A stretch of 64,000 bases of DNA from Balanoglossus misakiensis (Eukaryota > Animalia > Hemichordata): NCBI GenBank assembly GCA_040954595.2, contig CM082580.2, positions 6,331,519 to 6,395,518 of the forward strand, written 5' to 3'. A program made the position numbers and the translations under genes. Each line of letters starts with the position of its first letter. Position 1 is the first letter of the stretch. The notes under the pieces are model-generated. The model worked only from the letters and a program-made list of their open reading frames with translations, searched no databases and was not told the DNA's origin. Of the stretch, positions 29,201-40,700 are shown in pieces.

Positions 29201-31807
29201 CGTATCTTTCTTGAGGGGTGGGCACTCAAATTGTCACAATTAACAAAAATACAGAAAAAGAAGTCATTATAAAATCACAGACATTGTTCCTTTCAGAATA
29301 AAGTTATATAAAAAAAAAAGCTACATGTATATTACTGACATAAGTCTACTGTGGAGCATAATCATGGAAATTGCAATTGGCCACATTACGAATGTATGAG
29401 CTTATAAATCATTTTGATACGGTATAAAAAATTTAAGGTCATAAGGATATTACGTGAAGTTTATCTGATGAGGCTACTATTGATAAAGTGGGACTGAGTC
29501 AGGAGGTGAAATCAATCATGCATGAAATAGCATTCCACGCTTATCCTCCTATCCTATTAGCCCTTGCCATATATCGCCATCAAAACCGTTTTGTATTCCA
29601 AAGTTTGACACAGCGCACTGGCTACACCCAGTGATGTTCCAAGGCAGCTGTGGACACACAGTGGTACTCTTCAAAACAAGGCTATCTGCATGCATACCAA
29701 GTTGACAGAGGGGCCCTTTTTTCTTAGCCTTGCTTCTTTTCTCTCTCCCCCCCCCCTCCATTTTTTTTAAGAAGCAGCTTGATTGCAGAAAGTCTCTGAG
29801 CATTACACAAACTAATACAATGCCATGGAAACCTGTTTTTCCTGAAACCCATCAGGAGATAAATGAAAACTTTACAGGCCAAACCAAAGCCAACTAACAT
29901 AATCTGAAATGTGGTTGAGATTTCGGAAAACTATAATGAATAATTCATTTTAGAACAGAAAAAAAATGTGAAAACCCAATAATCTGTTTTTTTGCTTAGC
30001 TGTGCATTTATTTCATATGCTTCCATCATATATTGTAATGTGTATACACTTAATCTCCATGGTGACGGTAAGATGATGTCATGAGGGAGCGGTAATATCA
30101 ATGATGGTATTCGCTAGGTGTGGTCCATATACAATCATGTAAAATACATTGATTTACTACATGTCTATAATTTAATAGATAAAAATGCCATGCAAGATTT
30201 TAGAAATATTACATCTGTACTGCAGTGCTGTGACACAAAGTGAACAAGATAAATGTACCTGGGTCCCTAAATTTGATGGCTAGATTACTTGAATTTAGAG
30301 CATGTAAGTTGATCATCCCAAACTGTAATGTCTTTCTCCATGCACCCAAATTTGGTACAGCTCAGTTGCTTTAATAAAATAGTGTGGATGGACCCACCAA
30401 GTGTGTTAGGGGGTCACTCAATCAGAATGTCTGTGTTTGAAAAGTTGTCTAAATTCATGTTCTGCAAAATTTCAGGAGGCGGGTAAATGCACAAAGCAGG
30501 AATCTACAGAGCAGACACATTCATTATACTCTATCAGCCATACCAAAGCCATGATATGAGCCACCCCACCCTCATCCAAGGTCATTGAACTCTTATAGCC
30601 ACAGTGTTGGGATTCAGTGAAAGTTTTAATCCTTGAATACATTAAGGGTTTGACCTTCTCTGTGCCACAGACACACTTACAAGGCATTGCATGACACCAT
30701 CTCCACCTCATATGAAATTTATTGAGCTGTGTACAGCTAGTTATTGAAAGATGATGATGTTAAAAGTTTTGTATTTCATTATCATAAGAGGAAAACCTGA
30801 ATGCATTTTTTTAAAATCAGAAATGTTCAGATGACATGTTGGCTAGCAGACCTTTACAGTAAAACAGCTTAAAAAGAGGAATGACCTCACACCCTTTCAT
30901 TCAATTATCATGATTATTGGGAGACAATGATATTACCTCCACACACTGACCTTAGGTGTGACCCCAAATACAAAGGGACTCGCCTGCTATTGTTGTCACT
31001 TTGTGACCTCAACTGACACTGCACCACGTAACAGCCCCCCCCCCGTCAAAACGTTATTTTCTTGCGCCTGCTTTCACTCAGTATCATAATTTGTTACTTT
31101 ATCGGCTCATTCACTGTCATTTGCAGTCGTAAACTAAATTCTACACAAGTTAGATGCACTTTCTCAGAAACTGAAACGACGCGGGGCATGTTCATTTCAA
31201 TTTGCGCTGCATCGCGGAAATCGATTCTTGTTTATTGTTGTCATGTTGTTTATATTTGGACCGTTATATGCAATATAAAAAGTACCGGTGTCCGGCAACA
31301 GAACGTCCTGCTGTCATAAATGTTACCGGTTGGCCGCGCCCTGGTTACTAAGACATCGGTGACACGGAAACAGAACAGCGCTTATTTCAGATACCGGGAT
31401 CGGAGGACCGATCGTGCATTTCCCGGTACGTCGAAATCGAATTTGGGGGACTGTACATTTTGAAACAGATTGATGTGACTGGAAACTTTCTCGTCGAAAT
31501 TTAAACTGTTGCTGCGTTAACTTCGAAGACTGGTGAAAATGCCGCGTTGGCTCCGATACATATAGTAGATCAATATCATTCGTGATGATCGGCACGGAAC
31601 ACATCGGACCAACGGATCATTCCACTGTCTGTGTGATCGATCATTCATAGCCCTGAACCGGGACTCGAGCTGAATGTAAACAAACATCCGATCGAAAGGA
31701 AAGTCTCACCTCAACTTCAAATTTGCCATGAAATTCTCCATATCCACCGTGTCCAAAAGGACGAAATCGCCCTTGCCATACTCGGGCCCTTCGTGTAGCT
31801 CAGCCAT
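5247..31807 (-). CDS. MYO1D: Unconventional myosin ID (class I myosin: motor, IQ, TH1), ~1008 aa, 20 coding exons
   Basis: Exons on the minus strand: 31807-31710, 19248-19040, 14980-14887, 14503-14338, 12488-12339, 11901-11782, 11664-11458, 11269-11127, 10715-10490, 10052-9922, 9463-9334, 9048-8971, 8684-8518, 8117-7910, 7606-7383, 7016-6872, 6576-6475, 6242-6126, 5892-5744, 5409-5247. They sum to 3027 nt with consistent phases. The N-terminus [46 protein letters not shown] is typical of Myo1D/G. Motifs seen: P-loop [48 protein letters not shown] motif [14 protein letters not shown]1 tail. Intron 1 is about 12.5 kb. Confidence 0.95.
8212..8384. repeat. Degenerate dispersed MITE-like repeat; related copy at ~9575-9695
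   Basis: Both introns share the core tttacaga..ggtcttttgacatgtgg...tttggtataga..agtttccagat.aga.agggt. The ends aaaacctgtt and acaggtttactgta are imperfectly inverted. Confidence 0.55.
10224..10482. mobile_element. Tc1/mariner-type MITE in a Myo1d intron
   Basis: 21-bp perfect TIRs CCGTTAAAGTCATTTTATAAG (10224-10244) and CTTATAAAATGACTTTAACGG (10462-10482). TA follows on the right and a (TA)n run precedes on the left. It contains an internal ~77-bp tandem duplication. Confidence 0.8.
20907..20948. repeat. Perfect 42-bp palindrome in Myo1d intron 1
   Basis: AACAACTTTTCAACAGAAATG|CATTTCTGTTGAAAAGTTGTT, checked base by base. Confidence 0.95.
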
Positions 31808-33290
31808 GTTTCACGGGTTGATGATTACCACTATGACTGACTGTCTGGCCGTCGCGTCGACCCCTCAGCTTTTCAACCCACTCGATATGCACGCAGCTCA
31901 GCTAGCTGACGACGCGCGCGCGGAGGAGATCCAGAGCGCCCACTTTAAAACAATGTCACGTGACCACCCTAACACTTTTTAAAAAAAGTATTTGACAATT
32001 CACCAGTGTGGATTTAGGCGATCGCACATTATCACGCGTTCAAAACCTCCTTTCCCCGACATAATTCCTACTATATAATCACTTTTTAGCTCAGGTAATA
32101 TCCCGCGTCCGTACTTGTGTTTACGTTGCATGCATTGCGGGCGCTATGCAATACATGTACTAAAGTTTTAACTTTATCATTGTGTCATACTAGAATTCAT
32201 AGACTGTAGACTACTGAGAAATTTGTTCAAGTAACCATCAAATATGCCACCGAATCTTATATAGTAGACTACTTCGTATCTATGATTGTGCATGTATATA
32301 GCAAGCCTTTGTTTAAAAGTTTAAAAAGTTGAAGTATATATATATGAAATTCTATTTTATATTCCATATGTCTACAAAAAGGGGTTGGTGGCATCTTTAA
32401 TTTTACTCTTACATTTTTTTCTTATAAAAGACAACATGGAAAACTCGGGCATGTGCTACAGTTGCCATAGTAAACACTCACTGCTACATTTTCGGGCACC
32501 TGTGATAGTCAATCCACTGAAGTGACTGCAGAAACAGTTTTGTATATACAAAATCCAGATCGCTTGTTATTTATTTATTTATTTACTTGCTTGTTTGTTT
32601 ATTTGTTTACAAACACTTCGACGAATACTTGCTCGTTTGAATTACGATAAAAAAATAATGTACTTGATTGGAAATACAATGTACCACGGAAATCATGTTA
32701 AAACTGTGTTCATATATTAAAGGTATACAGTCACCTCCAATTTACATATCGCCATATATAGCTGAAATGGCGTATTTGAGTGTTCTAAAGAACGTATGGT
32801 GGCGCTCTTTTTTTCGCGTGTGCCACCCACTGAAAATCTGTGATTGGCTAGATCCCAATTTGCCATGGTAACTATAGCTAATTTTCTATAGGTGACCGTA
32901 TACCTTTAAAGGGCTGTATGATGACCCAGAAGGTAAAATTCGTCCTTTTGTGGAAATATTCAATTATACAAAAGACAAACATGAATCATTGAGTATATTT
33001 AAAAAAAGAAAAGAAAACAAAATAAGTGAAATAAATGAAAGGAAAACAAACATAAAAAGAAAGAAGAGAAAAGGGACGACGGTGATGGCGCGCGACGATG
33101 CAGACACAACATGTCTGGGGAGTCTGGTGAAATGATGTCATCCCTAGACCCTTTAACTCAATTATATTTGTTATTTGTGTGTGTAATGGACGTCTTTTCA
33201 GCTGTGTAAAATGCAGCTCCACGATCAAGGCAATATAGAGACGATCAGCTAAGAGGCGCGGGGTCGTAACAGATCGCAACAGTAAGTTTA
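31808..33290. promoter_or_regulatory. Probable divergent promoter region between Myo1d and NIK
   Basis: CpG-rich patches at ~31300-32150 and ~33080-33300. Palindromic E-box GTCACGTGAC at 31955-31964. A candidate non-coding NIK exon-1 donor (ACA|GTAAGT) at 33282 and an acceptor before 34755 upstream of the ATG. TSSs are inferred, not shown. Confidence 0.5.
32721..32905. mobile_element. TTAA-flanked MITE (Kolobok-like AG...CT termini)
   Basis: TTAA|AGGTATACAGTCACCT ... AGGTGACCGTATACCT|TTAA: a 16-bp TIR with one mismatch and a TTAA target-site duplication. Confidence 0.8.
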
Positions 33291-34787
33291 GTTGTTTTTC
33301 GAGCAATTCTCGACATATTTTGTAGTCGTCAGTTCTACCTTAGGGTTTTGTTTGTTATGTAAACATTGTGTATTATTCACCACTGTATCGCACACCCCCA
33401 ACACTTCTTCAGTGCTGATTCATCACCTTTTTCGCACCGCGCCAAATCTTATCCTATTTGGCTAGTGTGCCCGAACAAAAGCGATCTTCTAAATTTTAAT
33501 TGAATTAACGTGACGAGGGTGCTGGTGTTACCCATTACACGAAGTTCCGAACTGTGTGTGTGCACTGCAATACACATGTATGTATGTATGTATGCATACG
33601 AATGGGATCTTCATTCAGTCACGTGATCAGCTGCCATAAGAGACCACATGAGGAAATGAACTATAAAACATTTTTATCTACTGTCTACATTCATTGGGAT
33701 CGTCAGATAGGTCTGAAGTAATCTTTTTCGACCATTTTTTTGTCACCCGACCTAGTTCCAAACCAAAATGTGAACCACTTAAGTCTTTTGGTTTGTTTAG
33801 GCTGACGTCAGCACTTCCTTTTTTCCAGGAAAAATCAGTTCATTTGCATATACCTAGGTACCTATATGTCTTAAACTTAAGAAATGTGATATTTGCCAAA
33901 AATTCCATAATTTGCCTTGGGGCCAAATGAAGATATCCAGTTTGATATCCTTAAGTTTTGGGATTATCACATCTTTATTCATATAAATTGATATGGTTGG
34001 TTGGTGAATTCAAGACATGAATTAAGTGCTGCGTCACAGGTGGGAAATATATCATTAATCGGTGGAGGTGAAAGAATGTCTGTCGGCATAGAAATTTTCG
34101 GGCATAACACGATAATGCAATGAGGCCTGCCTACATTGTAACTAATTCTGATTGTCAGTGGCAAAAATGTTGTTGCTTAAAAAGCAGCATATTGTTATTA
34201 CAGTCAATGAAATATCCTTGGATGCCCCAGTTTGCATGTGAATTGTGATGACTGGTTGGAAGAGCAGCCATTTTGTTTAGGAACACAATCTTCATGTCTT
34301 CATGTTCTATTTGTTGTGATTTTAACAAAAAAATATTCTTAAATTAGCGTTATTTTTGATTATGACCTGAAGTTGTGGTGATGTAGTTGTACAGTAGTGT
34401 GGTGTTGTGTATTTTTGGACTGCAGAAATGTAAAATTCCATCAAAAGAATGTATAAGGAAGTGAATATGTTTTTAAAGTAGGTCAACATTTTGGAGTCTC
34501 TATGACTAGACTAGAGTTTAAGCATTTGAAAAAAAAACTTAATTGTGTTCACTGTTGTTGAAAAAAATGACAATCTGTGAATTTATGATAGCTTTGAATT
34601 GTGCCTATTTAAACTGAGTGGATCAAAATCTTGGTATTTTTGACAATTTGGTTGTTAATAATTCTACTGCTAGTGGTCGTACTTGGCAGGTCAGTCGACA
34701 AAATGTTATTGATGCTGAAATTATTTCATTCCATTTCTGTTTTTTTTCCCCTAGTATTTTGTTGAGCATTAACTGATATCTAACATC

Positions 34788-37700
34788 ATGGGTCCCTCTT
34801 CTACCGATGATAAAAACATAAGGTAAGCAAATCTGTTTTATTTGATTTTAAATTTTTATTTTTACTTTGGCTGTGACATAATTTTCTGGTCATGAAATGT
34901 TACGAATTGGAGGTGAGATCATGTTTGTTTTGAATCCCTAGTTTGTGTGTCTACAAGAAAACAATCCTGTTGTATATTATTACAATGTACTTGCCATAGA
35001 TCTACCAGTTTGAATTTGAGAATTTCATCACTCATCTGGGTAGTGTCTGTGAAAACCTATTTACTGGTCACTGTTGTGGGACTAATACTTTGTTGGGGGA
35101 TGACAGGCAAGTTATTGTTTTTTTTTCCTACAGGTCTCCTACGAACGATGATGAAACCAAGGCAAAGATGTTGGTTGGGGAGAGCTTATTCAGAGAGTCT
35201 GATCTCAACAGTGGAAGTAAGTACGAGTTGGACAAATTTGACTCTGAAGGCTCTGCAGATCTCAAAATTCTGGAGAAAGACTGGCCGATAGCAGATACCC
35301 CGGTAGACAGATTCGATCGACAGTGCAATTCCCTTTCAAAGGAAAGCAAGCAAGGCTGTGGAACTGACACTAAGGGGTCAGACGTCAAGAAGAATGACAG
35401 CGACAGTAACCAGGAACAGAGTAAGACATGCTGTTCAAACAAGACGGACCAGGAAAAGAAGAAGAAACCAGATTCCGAAGAGAAAAATTGTGTCAGCCAC
35501 TACTCAGCCCGCCTGTACACCGCCCAACAGCCAACCAGCACTCTGAAATTTGACAAACAGGAACACAAAAAAGGAGATGATGCAACAACTACTGACAACC
35601 GATTTTCGTATGTCGAGGAAAACACAGACGCAGAGAAATCCTTCGGCCAGATCTGCACAACTGAAGGCAACAGCGGGTTGGGCGCTGGAACCGTCACCGT
35701 AGAAACCACCCCTCGTCATCCGATCCAGCGCTGCGAGTCGCAAGTCCACGTCCCGTGGGTCGACGACAACTGGAGCGAAGACGCCGCCTCCATCAGAAAC
35801 GATCTGCAGGCGCAGAAAGAGCAGCGGCTGACCGTCAACATGCCCAGCGACGAAGAGAAGTGCAGGCTAGAGCTGGAGTCTTCAGAGGAGAAAGACGGGG
35901 GATCTGAAAAAGACGAGGAGGAGGAGGAGGAGGCATTGACGAGTGTTGGTGAAGAGGACAGCAGTCTGGAGGAAGACGAGGCCACCTCACAGAATCAAGA
36001 CGACGTTACCTGCGCCCAAACTGGCGAAGAAGATAACATCGACGGATGCGGTGACAAGAACCACACTGAAGCAGACACTGAGACAACGGGACACGAAGAT
36101 GTAGCCGGGAGACAGAATCCTGATGATGGCATGGATGGCGAAGATCACGGTTGCCGTAGTGATAACGATAAGGCTAAAGATCGTAATGACCAGAACGGTG
36201 ACTCTAACTTTGTCAGAGATGATCGTAGCAACAAGATGATGCGGAAAATGATGCAGAAGATGAGAAAGCTGGAGGAGCTTTTGATGTGCATGGCTGTGTC
36301 ATTCACAAAGGAGAAGATTCCTCCGGATTTTATCCTTGAAATTCCTGAAGAGTTGGGTGTACACCTTGGAAGAGGGTCTCCATCACTGACGAAAGAAGAG
36401 AAGACCTACGACGCTAAAACCGAGAACAGAAACACAAAGAATAAAGCCTACGACTCTGACGGTGCTGACAAGTGTGACACCATCGCCATGGAGACAGAGA
36501 TCGACAAACCAGAGAAAGCGGAGGTTGAACTAAGTGAGAAAGAAACCAACCCCTGCGCCCAAAATGGCGACCACAACTCTAACTCCCAAAATGACGACCA
36601 GAACCCGCAGCCAGAACTCAGTGAGAATTTGCCCACCAACTCAAAAGCTCGAATCGGCAACCAGATTGAAACTGGGAACAAAAGTAAGTGTCAGAGTGCA
36701 TCTTTCCTTCATCTCACACCCTCGTGTGAATTTAACATTTACATAATTAGGAAAAACACAGGAGAGGACATAAGTTATATTTGATCTTGACAGTAAGAGA
36801 ATGTGCATAAAAAAGTGAGAAATCATGTAAATAGGCCATGACCCCAATGTGACCTTTACATCCTGGCATTTTTATGCCATTTTGAGTTTAAACTCCCGGA
36901 CAGCCAACAACACTGTTAAATTTGCACACTCTAACCCATCTGAGAACAAGAAATCGAATTTTGGTCTGTTCAAAAGTGTGAATTTTATGAGTAACACTGA
37001 ATGATATATGATTTTGTACACACCTCACACAACAACTGACTGCATAAATTCTCGTTTCAACACAAGTTGCTCCGACCAGGACTGGAAAGAAGAAGAAGAA
37101 GAAGCGAGGAAAGAATGAGGGAAAGAGAATGCGTGGTGGAAAGAAAAATTGTGGCAAAGAACAAGCAGAGAAAGATGACACAAAGACCAACAGGTATGAA
37201 TTCACCATGACCGAGCTCAAGTTAAATGCTGTCATAGAATAGGAATGTACAAAAATTTGGGCAGTTGCATTTAGTAGTACCTGTATTTCTCAATAAAATG
37301 CCTTGTTCCAAATTTATTTTTATATACATGTACATCAGTACATGTATTATGTTAATGAGCTACACCAGATATTAATGTGGCTTCTCATATTCCCAGGAAA
37401 TTGCTTATATTGCACATTATGAGGTAGATTATGCAAATTGTATTAAATGGCATGGTTTGATTATTCAAATTTGATGGTTACGATTCATCTGTGGTCATGT
37501 ACTTTGGGATCGGTCGTAATCTCTGCACATACAGTATACATACACATGTAGGAAATCGGGAAAGAGAAATTTAGTGTTGTGTCTGCTTAACTTGTAGAGT
37601 TGTGCAGCAGCAGCTGCTGGAAAGGAAAGAAGGAACAAAGACAAAGAAGAAAAGTAGAACAAAGCTTCCCAGGAGACGACGTACCAAAGGGGGAAGGCAG

Positions 37701-40700
37701 GCAGCCAGGATTAACCGGAAAGGGAGCAGTGGAAATGGCGGAACAGCATCCCAGGCAAGGAATAGCAGCGGCACATCCCAACAGGTAATAACAATAGGAA
37801 AACTCTGGAATAAAATGTTGCAGGTAGATTACTCTAATGTTCAATGGAAAGTAGATCAATGATTAGTCACGTGATAGTGGTACAGTTAAATATGTATGGG
37901 TGACCGTGTCAAAAGGAATAAACATAATTTCTATGGCCGGTTTTCACACATGGTTTTGTTTGAACCATGGTGCAATCGAAATCCATGGTACTACATGGAC
38001 CATCTATTGCACTTTGATGGGAGTGAATTCATTGCATGACTAATTCATGGCATAACTCGTCAAGGCCCACTTTATTGATAGGCACTCAGAGAAAAAGATG
38101 CAGCAAAGAAAAATCCAATGTCATTTCCTGACATTTTAGTGTCTGTTTTGTGTGTTTTCTCTTCAGTGATGGGTAATAATTTGTAAGATTGTCAGAGGAT
38201 ATCCCAGGAAATATTTTCACAAATGGATGTGTTTGATTTTTTTTTTCTCGTCATGTTTGCTTCCAGGGAACCAGTCGACCAGCTGGTCGGAATTCATTGC
38301 CGGCTAACGGGGGTGCCAGTGCCGCTGGATTTGGCGGTGGTGATGGTGACGATGACGACGACGATGATGATGGTAAGAAAAGGCCAAGAAATGGCGGGAG
38401 AGTTGGGGGAGAACCGGCCGATAAACCAGCTGTAGATGATGAAAAAAAGCAGAATGACTCTGATTCAAGGGGAGCTGTTCCAAAGAACAAGGTAATGTAT
38501 GCTGTCCCACTACAATGTTGCTTCATACTGTCAGAAGTACCACTTTGATAAAAAAAACATCCGCCACTGATTATAAGGATTTGCAACTTTGCTGCCCATA
38601 TAAAGTTATCTCAGCCCTTTGTAGCGGTGTCAAAGTGCAAGCCTCAATTTAAAAAAAAAACCCACAGGGACAGTCCCTGGCACCATGGTATATAGATGTT
38701 AAGTTGAGGTACATAGAGTGTGTGTGAGGGTTTCACAGAAATTCCGAGATGAAACCCAGTATTTCGCAGAAAAGGGGGCCATTATGGGCTGTTTCACTTC
38801 TGCTTTTGTCTAGTGCACTATTTGCAAAACATTCTCACACGTGAACATATTTCCACATAGATGTACTTATACAACGCTGTTTCTGCCATAACAGGTCAGT
38901 CACGCAACAGTTCCTAAGACAGCTGCTCCAGCTAATTCCTCATGCAACATTGCTTCCAGCAGGACACCGTATAGTTCTTTGGTGAGAAACACATACATGT
39001 ATACTCTTCTCTCTCTCTCTCTGCATGTGAAGGGGGGGGCATGTCTTTGTTGATTTGATTTCTCTTAACAGTAATACAATGAAAATTAACTGATAGTGAT
39101 AATGATTTCTTCTAACCTCTGCCTCCCAAAATAGAAAAATAAATGTGATTTTTCTTGTTGGTTACAGCCAGCGCGTCCGTCTATGTTGGCTCACAATGAG
39201 CACAGCTCCAGTCTGTTCAGCTTCGAGTTGAAGCAGACTTTCCACTGGCCCAGGGGAACCGGTCCGCCATGGCTGCAGTGTGTCTGTTCCTCGTGTGTCG
39301 TCGTCAAGGGCAAGTTGCAGCACGTGGTTGAGTGCGGGGTGCTGGTTTACGACAAATGCGCCGAGTGCAATGGAGTGTCCTTGGCCTTTCGAGCCAGCAT
39401 CCGGGTGTGCTCCCGTGCCTGCTGCGTCTGCCCGATACCCTTCTGCAGGGACCTGTGCCGCATCTTGCCGCGTACCAGAGCATGTAAGTTGGGGTATTAC
39501 CATTTTCGCAGAGGGGTGTGCATCTCCTGTTCAAAAATGATGGACACAGTTCCTGTGCCTACTGCAATTTATTGCTGTTTATTTGTCAAATCCCTAACAT
39601 GAGATATAGCAGTTCCTTGGCTGTTAGATATGCCCTTCCAGTACTTCCCGAATTACACAACCTGTCGAGTACTGTGCAGTTGATTCTCCTGACAAATCTA
39701 GTCATCATTACTATATCCCAATCTTAAATTATCTAAACTGTGGCTGTTGGTAATATTTTCCCACAATTTATTTAAAATTCAACATCAGATTCATCACTTC
39801 TTAAATTATTTCTTTGCAGATAATGTCACCTGGTGGGATTCACTCTACAAGTTCATTCACAACTACATTTCCAAGATACTTCGTGACGGGGACCCAGTCG
39901 ATCAGCAGAGAAGAGACGTGAGAAATCCCGCAAACATCCCAGAAGTTTCTGGCCAAAGTATGCCGTTTATTGGCAGTGCTTATGCACCTGTTCACGGAGC
40001 TCCCTGTGCGCCCAGCCGGGGTGCCAGACTCGGGCCGAGACGCGACAGCCACGGCGGAAGGTTCCCAGGCAACAGGAGTTACCCAGGCAACAGGAGTTAC
40101 CCAGATGGCCTCGCGGAAGAGCCCGGTGGCAGTGTCTCGATGTCAGCGGTACCTCTGACGCCGGAAACCCGACCGAGCGGCCAGTACAGCTCGCTGCAGT
40201 TTCCACAGACCGCTCCACGCCACGCGACGGGCGACCAGTACCAATCGCACGACGAGAGCGTCTTCAGATTTCCTCCAACCGCTCTGGGGAGGCAGCCGTT
40301 ATTCCGAGAAGGCGGCAACGGCGCGGCGTTGACCAATCACGTCTTCGACGTCGGCGAGTACGGCACAGATACAGTCGACGGCGATGACACCCTAGTGGGT
40401 GATAATGACACCCTGACCGGCGACACCCTGACCGACCAAAACAGACAGCGCCCGACGAACAGAGTCGAGGCCCTCCAGATGATATCCAGGGGAAGTACAG
40501 TGACGACATCGCAGGCAGATGCGGCCGAGCTTCCGGACCAGCAGCCCAACCCGCAGGAAGTGCTCCACGCTTTCATCAACGACAGAGCCGGAAACACCGG
40601 CTTGGTGCTGCCCTCCCTGGAAGATATAGAGGAAGAGCGACCGCCGGCTGCGGAGGCGGCGGCGGTCGAGAGCCCGCTTCTCGGCACGGTCACTCAGCGA

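Noticed and set aside
19314-31700. Nested gene in the 12.5-kb Myo1d intron 1
   Set aside because: Only short ORFs with no recognisable domains or coherent exon chain. A non-coding RNA cannot be excluded by eye.
36230-36325. Homology between NIK MMRKMMQKMRKLEE...KIP and paralogue TMRRVYLQLMALEE...KIP
   Set aside because: Too short, and explainable by helical or coiled-coil composition; a profile alignment would be needed to support it.
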